64,000 nucleotides of DNA from Lepidodermella squamata (Eukaryota > Animalia > Gastrotricha): the NCBI GenBank assembly GCA_047495785.1, contig JBLDXI010000020.1:2170001-2234000 (forward strand), given 5' to 3'. Position numbers and translations under genes: made by a program. Numbering within the stretch: the stretch's first letter is position 1; each line of letters starts with the position of its first letter. Below are positions 1 through 12,053 of the stretch, piece after piece. Below the pieces are notes generated by a model that did not search any database, had not been told where the DNA came from, and saw only the letters and a list, made by a program, of their open reading frames with translations.

Positions 1-841
1 TCGCATTTTGAGTACAACCTGGTGGATACCTGTTCTCAGGTGAATACGGGTCGAAAAATACCAATGGTAGGGCAATGAATAAGTAATTTGGTCCAGTTGC
101 TCCTCCAAGGTAGGCATAACAAAGGAAAAGAATCAATCGCGAGACTTCTGTGAACAAAATTGTGATGATTCTTGTATCTGTATCGAGAAGCGGCGCTACA
201 GTTTCTGCATTGATGTCGTAGAGATTTCCGAACCAGGTGACTTCAATGCCAAGCTTCGTAGCGGCCGAGTAGTAAGCTAGGGCGTTGTAGAACTGATTCG
301 CATTGCCGGCGAAGCTCAGGATTCCTAACTGTTTCCAAGCAGCAACTTTGCGAATGTACTGAATTTGAATGAATGGCAGAGAGTCGTATGAAATTCGATT
401 GCGGTAGAGATTAGGATAGTTCTTCCTGTTAGCCGTGAACGCCACCCCTCCGCAATGAGTTGCGAACTGTACGAAATTGTTCGCCCGAGCTGCTCTAGCA
501 ACCACTTGGCACGATAGAAATGTTCCGATGAATACCGGGGAGACAAAGTTACTGCTACCTGAATCTACCCCGAAGTCACGCAAAAAATCGACGAAACCTC
601 TCGGAACAAACCGTACGACTTCGCCTTCATCGCGATAGACCATGTCGATTTTGTAGCCCGGTAGGAATCTCTCCGCGTTCGAGTTGAACCAGTTGACGGC
701 GACATCCATAGAGGCCTGGCAGATTTTACCATCCCTTGGCGCGTTGCCAGAAAATGGTATGATAGCTAACATTTTCAGGCTAACATTTCCCTGGACGAAA
801 TGAAGTTCCAAAGACACCAATGCAAGTAAGGCGGCGAACAT
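1..841 (-). CDS. GABA-B-like class C GPCR, copy A (5' part: signal peptide + Venus flytrap domain; runs off the window edge)
   Basis: ATG at 841 gives MFAALLALVSLELHFVQGNVSLKMLAIIPFSGNAPRDGKICQASMDVAVNWFN..., open to position 1. Near-identical to 8771-9614 (offset ~8770 bp). Confidence 0.85.
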   Translation of the reverse strand, partial: MFAALLALVSLELHFVQGNVSLKMLAIIPFSGNAPRDGKICQASMDVAVNWFNSNAERFLPGYKIDMVYRDEGEVVRFVPRGFVDFLRDFGVDSGSSNFVSPVFIGTFLSCQVVARAARANNFVQFATHCGGVAFTANRKNYPNLYRNRISYDSLPFIQIQYIRKVAAWKQLGILSFAGNANQFYNALAYYSAATKLGIEVTWFGNLYDINAETVAPLLDTDTRIITILFTEVSRLILFLCYAYLGGATGPNYLFIALPLVFFDPYSPENRYPPGCTQNA

Positions 842-964
842 GTATTCCTTCGGTATATCCACGAAAAGCGATATTTTAAAATTCGATGTAATCAAGGTTC
901 AAGGTTTCAAGGTAATTTTGCTGAGATTTTGTAGAATCTTTATCCAAAAGATATTTTAAGGATG

Positions 965-1140
965 CTTTTAATAAAGATAAGTGTAAACACACGTCGACTG
1001 TCGCAGCACTTATAAATAATTAAACTGGCTTCGACCCTAGTTAGGAAATTATAGACCAAGTTGAGATTTTACTTCAATACCTTGTCACCACTTTTCATCT
1101 CTCTCTTTGATTGGTCCATGCGAAGGAGAAATCAATAATA
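965..1140 (-). promoter_or_regulatory. Upstream block conserved between the two class C GPCR copies (partner at ~9715-9885)
   Basis: Shared strings GATAAG, GCACTTAT, TGGCTTCG.CCCTA.TT.GGAAATTATAG, GTTGAGATTTTACTTCAATA and TCTTTGATTGG (a CCAAT box on the gene strand) lie upstream of both ATGs. Confidence 0.55.
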
Positions 1141-1605
1141 GTTCTCTACCCACTTAGGCTTAATTCTTAGACAAGTTGGACTCCTTGATGAAACCAATAT
1201 GTACTTAGTGTCAATGCGAGTAAAAATGCGCTGGGGGTATAGATTATGAGAATATTGATGAAAATAAAAAAACGATGGAAACGATTGAAAGCAAGGAAAA
1301 GAATTATGCTCAACCTTGCGGAACAAAATCCTACGTCTCTCATGGCCAGCTAAGGAAATTTACCGCTTCACTGGATTATAACTCGGATTATAACGGACGA
1401 CACATACCGCAAAATCTTTCGGGTGAAATTGGAAATCTGGAAAGCTGAATTCTCAAATTTCACACCAGAACCCGCTAACTATTCGCTATAACTCTCAATT
1501 CAATAAAGGAACTGAACTTCATTAATTATTAATTAAGAAAAGTCGGGCACGCATGATTGAAATCATCTCGAAGAAGCGGAAGCTCTAGAAAATGACATTA
1601 GTTAT

Positions 1606-1643
1606 AGGTACTATTAAGAATGTCGACATTCTTAATAGTACCT
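1606..1643. repeat. Perfect 38-bp palindrome
   Basis: AGGTACTATTAAGAATGTC followed directly by its reverse complement GACATTCTTAATAGTACCT. Confidence 0.95.
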
Positions 1644-1792
1644 CAGAACGATTAAGCAAACGCAGCTAGGTAATCCTTAGAATCTTGAAAATCAACTTAT
1701 CGACAATTGAGCGATTGAGCGTAGGGAAAATCTTACGCCGGTACCAAATTTCATTTAATTCAATACCTAACCATTTTATTCGTTATTTAACT

Positions 1793-1837
1793 GGTTAGGG
1801 TTAGGGTTAAGAGTTAGATTTGGGTTGGGTTAGGGTT
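1793..1837 (+). repeat. Degenerate interstitial telomere-like (TTAGGG)n tract
   Basis: GGTTAGGGTTAGGGTTAAGAGTTAGATTTGGGTTGGGTTAGGGTT. Confidence 0.7.
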
Positions 1838-3959
1838 GACGGCGGGCTTAAACTTGTGGATTTTGAACTGATTGGAATAATTTGGCAATGATTTCACTGT
1901 ATCCCTTGAGCGCTTCACCAGGTGATAGAAGAAGTTTGAAATGTTATTTGGAGGAAATTTCGTCGACAGATCTAGGCAATCCTCTGCAATTACGAGGGGG
2001 GTAACACTCCAACAAGATCGCTCGGAGGTCAATGGAACTTCAGTAAATAGCCGGAAACAATAGAAAACTGCTAGCCCATACAACATTGGTTTATAAAAAC
2101 TGCAATCATTCCAGAAAATTCTAATTCCACGCGTAATGGGCGTGTTCTCTCTACTTGTACTTAATCTGTGGGGACAACCTAGGTTGCATCTACTAAGACG
2201 TAATAATCCGCGATGAATTATGGAAAATGGAGACAGTAAATGAAAAAATTGGATTTTAAGCTCTTTAATAATTCATTCTGGTGGACAGAATGAATCAGCT
2301 GTTTTTTTGTGAAGTAACATCGCGCCGAATGACTGAACACTAAAAATAGTGTTACATACACGAACGGTAGGTTTTGCAGAGCAAATATCGCCATGAGCAT
2401 CATAGCCTGATTCAGGCAAATTACTGTTGACTAAGCCAGATTGAATTCTTGACTAAAAGAAGTCAATATGCTTGCATCAGATTAAACGATTGAAAAAGTT
2501 ATCAAAAAGAGAGTGTGCCTTAACGTTGATCGAAAGAAGTACAAAAATCTTGTGGGCCATAACAATTGCTATGTCGTACCGTGAAACACCGGAAAAACTT
2601 CGTCATTTTTGTAATTTATTGGGATTAGAGTTCTGTACCAACTTTTTGCACTCTTTCAAACGAGACCAGGCTCTCGTATTCCCTGGACCTTTTTACAAGG
2701 TCACCTAGCTGAATAGCCGCTGCTCAGAGGTTATCAGAAGCTCAACGCTCAACATCATCAACCAGTATATCTGGCCGATGTTAGTTGTCCAACTTCAAAC
2801 AGCCCCGCTTTCCAAACGGCCAGCTCCTCGAAGACATCTACCGACTTGTCAGAAGTGCAGTAAAAAGCAAGCGCTCGCCTTCAACGTTCATATAAGCTAT
2901 AGAAAGTGTATAGAAAATGTATTGTCGTGTGCTGTTGAGAGCGGACGACATTACTTTTTCTCTCATCACTTGAAGGTGTTCAATAGGTTCAACCACAGTT
3001 TTTCACATTCCCTAGTAGAGCACAAGTAGAGCTTACTTCGGAAGTAAGAAATGGTCGCAGATAATACGATGGTTATATACGCATTTTCAGTCTTTTCACT
3101 CCACCATTCACCCCACTTAACCACGTTTTCCACGATTTGCGTTATCCATTCGGTCACGGACTGCGGCAAAAAGACGATAGAGATAAGGAGTCATACCATT
3201 TCAATCACTGGCATTTGTAGAATCTGTGGTAAAGATGCGCTTTCTCATCATCTTTATCAACACTCATACTCACTTGCGTCCTAAACATTGTCATGGTAAA
3301 ATCAGTGGATTTTGCCAACTGCTAATATGGAATGCCCTTTTTGAGATTATAACAGATGTAACGAACTGAGTTGATGTTTATAAGATCATCACAAAAAGTG
3401 CAGTCAGGTGGGAGGGTCCTAGATAGAAACGTTGTCTGTTAGCTTGAATTGGACTCTGAGTCCAAATCTCACTAGCCAACTCGCACTTTTGGCAATTTTT
3501 GATAACCTATTTATAGCTCAAGCGTAGAATGCAGCGAAACTCACATAACCGCCTCTCAGTTCTTAAATTTTAAGCAATTTAGTAATGATATATGAAAATC
3601 TTTGGTTGGCCTATTCAATCAGCCCAGCTAATCGTCACTCTTATTTCAGGTCTCACGTCCAAGATTACATACTTAATGTGCTGATTAGATTTTTAAATAT
3701 TTCTCTCGAATGATTTTATGATGGAAGACCGCCAAGTTTAAACTCCACTAAAGCCCACTGAAACCCCACACAAAAAAAGGAAAATGATCTGCTAGTATTT
3801 ATCGGGCATTATTGTAATCAAAGCTGCCCAAATCAACAGCCTAGTAAAAATGAAGGACTAAAATAGGTTTCTAATTTCTAATCGAGCTAAATCAGCAATT
3901 AACAATTTTGCATTAATTCGTTTTGAATCTAAGTTTTATCTTAGAGATTTATCGGAAAG

Positions 3960-5144
3960 ATGAAGGTCGAGCCTGTCCAGTTTGAAAAGATTACGTCGAT
4001 GATTACAGCGATCAACCAAACCAGCCACGACTTATTAAGCGGCTTAATCCCAATCAGGGAAACGAATTTGACTGAATATCAATACTTGATCCTTATATCA
4101 ACCGCAACTGCCATGTTATTCGCTGTTGCTTCGAACATATCAGTGCTAGCTTTCGGCAGACGCTTTCATTGTGGTAGCTCTAAATCGACAAGGTCAATAC
4201 ATTCCAGCATTTCTACTTATATCTCAGTGCTATCTCTGAATGATTTGATCATGTCGTTGTTGATTGGACCGCTCGTTTTCACTGTCGTCCTGTTCGAGGG
4301 AAAATGGATTTTCGGTGGTTTAGTCTGCAAGGTGCGCGAGCCGATTTTGAATGGAGTCGTTGGCTTGTCATGCTCTTTGATGATGATCATCGCAATGAAA
4401 CGGCACCAGCTGGTGTTATCGGAGTCGCTCAGCTTTAGGAGTACTGGCAGCGTAACTTCACGGTCAAGTTTTATGCCAGGGTCCCGTCGCAGTGCTTATG
4501 TCAGAATTCTCATCGTCAGCCTAATTCACTGCGCTATGAATATCCCTCTACTTTGGACAGCGGAAGAATTGGAAATCATAATACCCATTCCGAATTTCAG
4601 CGATCCTGGCGCATTTACGGCTATATCAATCGGGAAATTCTGCGTACAGAGTTGGAACTCTCAAATCACCTTCGTCGTTTTCAGATTGGTTCATTTCACC
4701 ATATCATCCCTGATTCCACTCACCGTTACTTTTGTTCTGCATCTCAAAATAATTCATCATCTTCGAAACAGAATGCCGAGCTTCATCTTGAGCAACAGAT
4801 TGGCCCAGTTAAGACGCACGAAACGAACCCTACTAGTCGTCGTCATTGTTTTCGCACTTTGTTGGCTTCCTCATCAAACTCTGACGTTCATCATTGATCA
4901 ATATCAATGATCAATATCATTGAATATTTCAGGAGAAATGCATGAAATGCTGCTAGCTGAGAGCTTGCCCTCCATCGTTTGCTGCTTCAAGATCATGACA
5001 ATTCTTCAAGCTGGCATCAACCCATTACTCTACAGCTGTAACCTGAGTCAAAGATTGACATCACGTATTACACGGAATTCGATATTCCGCTCAACGGTGT
5101 TGAGATCACTAGGGTCATCGAGTAATAAGGCCACAGCAAATTAG
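3960..5144 (+). pseudogene. Intronless rhodopsin-family (class A) GPCR, peptide-receptor-like, with one in-frame TGA before TM7
   Basis: TM2 LSLNDL, ECL1 WIFGGLVCK, KRH at the DRY position, TM6 FALCWLP. TGA at 4908-4910, after which the same frame continues to TM7 GINPLLY and a stop at 5144. Confidence 0.75.
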
Positions 5145-6347
5145 TTCAAGCGTGCGGGGAGAAATTACGGATCAACGCGAGTACAATTACTAACCCTGAT
5201 TTTGGTAAAATCTTGAATTTGTGATTCTTAAAAATAATTATTCCGCATCATTCTATTACAATTCATCTGGTTAATAAATTGCTGTCAAATTTCAAAAATC
5301 AAGTGAGCTCATGTCCTTCAGCTATCAATAACATACATTGAGTGTGGTCAAGGATCATCTACGTGTTACGTGTAAACATCCCGTGAACCGAGACGTTCCC
5401 TCCGATGTCATAATCGTGCAAACGAGGTCTCCTCCGTTTTTAAATATAAAAATATAATGAAATAATTTCAACGAGGGAGATTAAGCCTTGCTCATAGCAT
5501 GTCCCACTTCGTTTACCTAATGTAGATTGAGAGTGAAGCGCGATGCCCGTTTTAGCAATACTTTCGCTAATTTCTGGAGCAATTATGTCAATGTCTCATG
5601 CTCTTTGCTACAGTTTGTCCTAAATAATGCACGTGCTCCCTGGTAATTGTATATTTGAATCGCGGAACCACGTATTTTGGGTGTTCTGACATCGTCTCGA
5701 ACTCAAAGTATATGGTAACGCCCACTCTGTGATCTCTTTGTGTTGTCTGTCTGGCAATCGAAAATAGATCAAGCGTAACAGCGATCGGCACGACAGCTTC
5801 CGGCGGGTTTTGTGACCTACTATGTTACTTGCTATTGCACGTCAAGTACTTCTCTAACACTTGACAGACAGTCGGGCAATAACATAGTTTTCCTAACATA
5901 CATACTAGCATAGTTTTCATCATAATAAGATAAAACGAACTGCTGTAACCAGAATTTGAGTTGGCAACCGATTAATAAGGTTCTGCTTGAACGGATTCTT
6001 CCTATCAAAAAGTGATGAATTTGGTGTAGCTGCGATAGATGTTGTGTATCATGAAGGAAAAGAGCGTTTTCATTATGAGAAATAGATTTGTTTAGTCAAG
6101 TTGGTTTCATTTTTCAGTCTTCTAGGATCCCATGTAGAACGCGAATGGGATCCATGTTGTAAGATGACGCGGCACAAGATGTGGCAGTTTAACATGACTT
6201 TGTTGTTCATCCGATTGTGCCAACATGTTTTTGTGTAAGCTTCAGTGACATTTCCTGTTGTTGCGGATCACATCCGAAATATGACGCCTTATAAGATTCC
6301 AGTGGTAAAAATGAAACTCACCGTTTAAAATCAAACAAAAAGCTAAG

Positions 6348-7012
6348 ATGGCTAACATTACCATTGTTATTCTAATTTGTCTTGCCCCAGCATTAGTTCT
6401 TGGGGGTCGGTTGAAACCGGGCGGCTTGTTAGGTGACCGTAATAGACCCGGAGCTGGTGCTGGATCTCAAGCCTCTGCCAATCGCCCACTGGCAAGTCCC
6501 GGGGGAACCAGGAAAGGTTGTTTTGAGCTTTTATCTTGCTTTATACATGAGTGGGATTGCTTTTCAGTTTTCAGATACATTCAAGGCTTCTTCGATTGGA
6601 ACAGGGCTTCAGAGCAATGCCGCAACGTCAATGGCCGTTTAGCTGTCGTTGAAACGCAGCAACAACACGAAGAAATTAAACGAATTCTCGGCAATAACTG
6701 GGCATGGATTGGTTTGCAAAAGGTAGTTGCTGATTTACTTTGACCACTGAACACTTGTTTGCCCTCTTGCATAGAATCCAACGTGGCGATGGGTTTCCGG
6801 TCGTGAGATGCGCCTAGCTAGTGCCTTTTCTGCTTGGACATCAGGTTTGTAAATTTCACCGCATTGAATTCAACATTCAGACTTGAGTTCTGATACTACC
6901 TCTAGGTCAACCGAGCAGCAGGAGAGAGGACATGTGCGCATTTCATAAGGACGGTCACTGGGAAGAGGACCCGTGTCGACGCCATCACAACGCAATTTGC
7001 GAAGTACTATAG
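6348..7012 (+). CDS. Secreted single-domain C-type lectin-like protein (4 exons)
   Basis: Signal peptide, then W.RA...C....GRLA and WIGLQK. Spliced exons continue NPTWRWVSG...WTSG|QPSSRREDMCAF...WEEDPCRRHHNAICE*. GT-AG introns of ~50-60 bp. Confidence 0.85.
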
Positions 7013-7175
7013 TTCAAAGTTGTTGAACAAATTGTACGCACCAAACCTTTGTAAATTCGAGGAAGCATCAATAAAATAGCTCTTTGTTCGATTGTTATAT
7101 CTCAAATGTTTATTACTTCAAACGTGTAGAACAGAAATCCTATCGATTCAAAGCCTATTACACGCAATGTTTCAG

Positions 7176-9614
7176 TTAGCTTGGTCCAGGAAGAGGTGGG
7201 CGTCTACGGGATTTTATAAAGGGGTAAAAGCCAGCTAAGCTTGTAGAATTTCCAAGAACAAGGGCTCCAAATGACAGGATTGAAACCTGCAGGGTAAGCT
7301 GTGAGGCAGGAACAATAAGCATCAGAAAGAGAATTGTTACTGACATTGTCGCTTGATTCATAAACGCCACTAGGATAGAAACAAATTCAGTCCTGAGCAT
7401 ATCATCAAAAGCCACGTAGCGAAGTTGAATCGCGAAGAAAAAATCGGCAAGTAGCATCAGAATGTGGTAACAGGCGATTCCTATTACCCAAAACCATCCG
7501 CGAGACGACTCACAGGCATATTTAACGTAGACGAAATAGGCATCTTCCACGGAGTCAAACACAACTTGAGACCTATGCTGGAGCATCTTTATAGGACTGA
7601 CAATGAGCCAAGCAGTTAGTAACGATGAACTGATTGCTACGGTACCTAATGAGGCTATTGGAGTCCATATATCTCTATTTTTGCCCGTAATTGATACTCT
7701 TTTGATTACTTCGACCTGGGCATGCGACCGAATGCTCGGTCTTACCGAATTTGAGCCTTTGGCGCGCGAAATTTTACTGCTCTGTTTATGGGTTGGAGAC
7801 GTGGCACCACCAGAGCCGTTAGAAAAGACCGAGTTAATTGCAGAATAAAAACCTCCACCCGTGTATCTTTGATGTTTTTTACCTGCCTTGCTCCTAGTTC
7901 CCGATGCTTCCCAGAAATCCTGAACAATTTTGTAAAGAATCGCAGATCTGGAAAATACACTGCTATATTGTAATGAAACGCCGATCGTCAGTAAGATGGC
8001 CTTGAAAGGGCAAATTAAACCTGATAATTCCTTTTCGTCCATAGCAAACAAGAAGCCGGAAAGATTTAGGATTACCCCGCCCATCAGCATTGTCGTGTTC
8101 TTCATGAAATGCAATCTGCCTCGTTCGATTGCAAGGCCAGCAAATGCGGCAATGTGCCCGATGAATCCCGTAAGAGACAATGTTGTAATAAGCCAAAACA
8201 AAGATGGTGGAAATGCATACACTGTAACATTGAATACAGACAAATCATTCGGAGCTCGGCCGGTATTTCGATGCCAGATAACTGGCGCGTATTGTTCGAT
8301 GCTGTAAGCGTCGAAGTCGAAGATTCTCGAAGCGTTTGATCCCAAGTAGGAGATTTTATGAGTAACTCGCATGGAGTTGTTGATCCACTGACTTGCGTAT
8401 TGAGGCTCAAAGTCGTATTCAATTCGTTCCGAAAACTTGAGGCGACCAACACGAAGTCCGACTATGTCGAGCTTTGATGCAGTCTCGTTCACAACCATCA
8501 TCACTTAGTCACGCTTAACTTTGAAATCTGACGTAGTCAAGTTTTTAGCTCTTAGAGCCATCTCACTGTTACTAAGAGTTACCAAGGCCTGCAACATAGT
8601 ATCGTGGCATCGATGCCTTTGAATGTAGTCAGGGGATCGGCTGTTACTGGTCAACTTGTCGAGCATAGTCTCAAACTCTGCTAAATCATAGCCAAGATTC
8701 GTTTTGCCAAAGTTGGTGTAGGCGATTTCGGAAGGACCAAGCCAAATTGTTCGTTTAACTTGTTCTGCCATCGCATTTTGAGTACAACCTGGTGGATACC
8801 TGTTCTCAGGTGAATACGGGTCGAAAAATACTAATGGTAGGGCAATGAATAAGTAATTTGGTCCAGTTGCTCCTCCAAGGTAGGCATAGCAAAGGAAAAG
8901 AATCAATCGCGAGACTTCTGTGAACAAAATTGTAATTATTCTTGTGTCTGTTTCGAGAAGCGGCGCTACAGTGTCTGCATTGATGTCGTAGAGATTTCCG
9001 AACCAGGTGACTTCGATGCCAAGCTTCGTAGCAGCTGAGTAGTAAGCCAAGGCGTTGTAGAACTGATTCGCATTGCCCGCAAAGCTCAGTATTCCTAACT
9101 GCTTCCAGGCAGCAACTTTGCGAATGAACTGAATTTGAATGAATGGCAGAGAGTCGTATGAAATTCGATTGCGATAGAGATTAGGATAGTTCCTCCTGTT
9201 AGCAGTGAATGCCACCCCTCCGCAATGAGTTGCGAACTGTACGAAATTGTTGGCCCGAGCTGCTCTGGCAACCACTTGGCACGATAGAAATGTTCCGATG
9301 AATACCGGGGAGACAAAGTTACTGCTACCTGAATCTATCCCGAAATCTCGCAGATAGTCGATAAACCCTTTCGGAACAAACTTCACGACTTCACCTTCAT
9401 CGCGGTAGATCATGTCGATTTTGTAACCCGGTAGGTATCTCTCCGCGTTCGAGTTAAACCAGTTGACGGCGACATCCATAGAGGCCTGGCAGATCTTACC
9501 ATCCCTTGGCGCGTTGCCGGTAAATGGAATGAAAGCTAACATTTTCAAGTCCTTTCCCTGGGCTAAATGAAGTCCAAGTTTCAAAGATACTATTCCAAGT
9601 AAGACGGCGAACAT
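7176..9614 (-). pseudogene. GABA-B-like class C GPCR, copy B (VFT + 7TM, intronless), split by one in-frame TAA at 8505-8507
   Basis: ORFs 8505-9614 (signal peptide, VFT-type motifs such as YPNLYR) and 7176-8504 (7TM with GABA-B-like N..ML.G.IL and C..KA.LL.IG.SL.YS..FSR) abut in the same frame. No cysteine-rich domain between VFT and TM1, as in the GABA-B subfamily. Confidence 0.8.
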
Positions 9615-10120
9615 CGTTTATTTTCTTTAGGGATAACGACGAAAATCGATGTCAAAATTAACAGATTTTCAGGTTGCTGAGATCTAAAATGAAGACCATA
9701 TGTAAAGCGTGGTGTTTTTTAATAAGGATAAGTATCAAAATACGTATACCTGCTTGTCACCGCACTTATTACTGATTGAATGTGGGATGTTGGCTTCGGC
9801 CCTAATTGGGAAATTATAGGCTATGTTGAGATTTTACTTCAATAACCTCTTTCTTTGATTGGACCGTGTGTTGGGGAAATCAATAGTTGGACTCAAGTTT
9901 GACTCATTGGTGCAGCCGTAATACAGTGTATCTCCAACAAGTAGCGATAAGTGAAAATATTACAGTGAAAATCACGTGATGTTAAGTGCCGGATGCGAAC
10001 TGCTGATTTCTCCATAATAATTTTCTCGCACCGTCACTTAAAGAAAAGGCGATGAACCCAAGTGATGTCAAGTACCGGATACAGAGCTATCACCGATCTC
10101 CATAATAATTTTATCGCGTT

Positions 10121-12053
10121 GATGAACCATTTTTTGCAAAGGCTAAATATAGTAACAACTTCTATTTTTAGAAGTAATATCAAATCATCGGAACATTAAA
10201 TACTTTTATCGTGCTAGTTTTGTCTTAAACCATCGGAACCATCGGAATATTTATTTTACCCATTGAAACCAATTAATTCATCGGAATAACACATTTATTC
10301 ATCGGAAAAACACATTTTCTCATCGGAAACACAGTGATACGTTATTCTACGTTGCGGCTGTTGCCACGGCCTCGACGACTTGAGGATTCGTCAACCGAAA
10401 TAGATGTAGCCACAAGTCCGCGACTGCGGCCACGCCTCGGCTCAATACTAGCTACAACAGTCGCCGGTTCATTAGATTGAGAAGAAGCAGGTTCCTCCGA
10501 CTGAACTCGAGCAATAGCAGCACCGCCCCTACCCCGCTTGCCACGAGTAGCTACAACAGCTGCTGGTTGAACGGGAGCCACAGCTAAGCCACGTCCGCGG
10601 CCACCACTGGCTACAGCAACACCCGAAGCCGGCTGAACAGGAGCTACAACAGCTGCTGGTTCTTGAACGGGAGCCACAGCTAAGCCACGTCCGCGGCCAC
10701 CCCGGGCTACAGCAACACCCGAAGCCGGCTGAACAGGAGCTACAACAGCACAACGGCCACCTTTACCCCGGCCTCCACGGCTTGGAGCTGGTGCCAACTG
10801 AGCAGCAGCAACTGAGGCACCTCGACCCCGACCACGCCCGGTACAACGAGCTCCAGAGCGGCCACCCCGCCCACGACTAGAAGAGCCACGGCCACGGTTA
10901 ACACCCGTTTCGTCAGCCTTGAGACGATTATTCAGCGACTCATTGCCGTTGAAATTGTCTTAACACGTCGGAATTGAATGAAACCGTCGGAAATTACCTC
11001 GTCGTAATCTCCCGCACAGTTGAATTCGACCCGCTATAATGGAAGATTATGTCTAATAACGTCGGAAACAAACAAACAACTTACATCCAAACCATTTGCG
11101 GCTGTTGAATTTCATGTGAAAGTAACACATGAGCCTCAGCACCTCGATATTGAAACAAGTTTCGATAGCGTTAGTTATGTAGCTGGCGCCATCAGCCATA
11201 ACTGCCAGTGGCATGTAGAGTGGCATGAATTTAAGCAAGCCGTAGAAAATGGTCTCGTAGGCTTTTCCATTTTCATTGCTCTCAACGGCCAGCACAATCG
11301 GATGAAATTTCCGGTTGCGATCGGATGTACCGCCGATAAAAATCTTGTGTCCGCCTTGTATTACGTTGTGCGTCGCGTCGATTTGAAAGCAACGCGCGAA
11401 GGCCAGCAATCGCAGCAGTAGGTTGCACGACAAGACGACGGCCCAAAAAGGTTTACCAGTTTTCGCAGCCGGTGTCTCGTCGATCACGTAGTTGACGACG
11501 TAGGGTTTCGTATCATCAGCTGGTACCGCGCTTCGAGACTCGCATCATCGCTTTGTGGAGTCGATCCAAACGTCACCCTTATACATCTTCGTCATCTTCG
11601 TCGTAAGTAGGCTCATCACGGGAAATTTCTTCATAATGGTCTTCTTGTTCATCAAATACAGCCTCATCGTCAGATGCATAAAACTGTTGGAGAAACTCCA
11701 TAATTGAAAAAGCTACTCGGTTAAAAATCGAGGAATGATTCTAATAGGGTTTTCAATTTTTAATGTGGAAAAATAACACGTGTTCCGATGAAATAATTCG
11801 CGTGTTCCGATGAAATAATACGCGTGTTCCGATAGATAATGCTTCTTTCATATTCCGACGGTTTAAGATAGCTTTTCATGAAATAATGCATTTCCGATGG
11901 TTTAAGATGAAAGTGGCACGATAAAAGTATTTAATGTTCCGATGAAAAGATGTGGACCCTATTTTTAGCCCCGATATTTAGTGATTAGCTGTAAATCGAA
12001 AGCTAAAAATAGAAGCTGTTGCTATATTTAGTATTTGCAAAACATATTTCATC
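10121..12053 (-). mobile_element. Decayed Mutator-like (MULE) DNA transposon with long TIRs
   Basis: Inverted termini GATGAA...TTTTGCAAA..CTAAATATAG.AACA.CTTCTATTTTTAG with repeated CATCGGAA subterminal motifs. Internal ORF 11053-11487 has MULE-type IDAT...MADGA...CYFH. RG-rich repetitive ORF at 10342-10797. Confidence 0.85.

Noticed and set aside
325-546. ORFs 325-546 and 9095-9316 (MSPRYSSEHF...) that look like a conserved small protein pair
   Set aside because: They are alternative frames of the duplicated GPCR coding sequence; the similarity is explained by the duplication.
1275-1480. GNLPLHW ankyrin-like snippet on the + strand
   Set aside because: A single short motif next to a stop codon with no further repeats; not enough even for a pseudogene call.
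2218-3290. Hydrophobic minus-strand ORF fragments resembling a decayed membrane protein or GPCR
   Set aside because: Multiple stops and no diagnostic motifs recoverable in any frame.
4908-8507. Stop-codon reassignment as an explanation for the two in-frame stops
   Set aside because: The two stops differ (TGA and TAA), and TAA, TGA and TAG all terminate other well-supported genes in the window.
11770-11835. Short regularly spaced direct repeats (GTGTTCCGATGAAATAA) resembling a CRISPR array
   Set aside because: No unique spacers, eukaryotic context; these are subterminal repeats of the MULE TIR.
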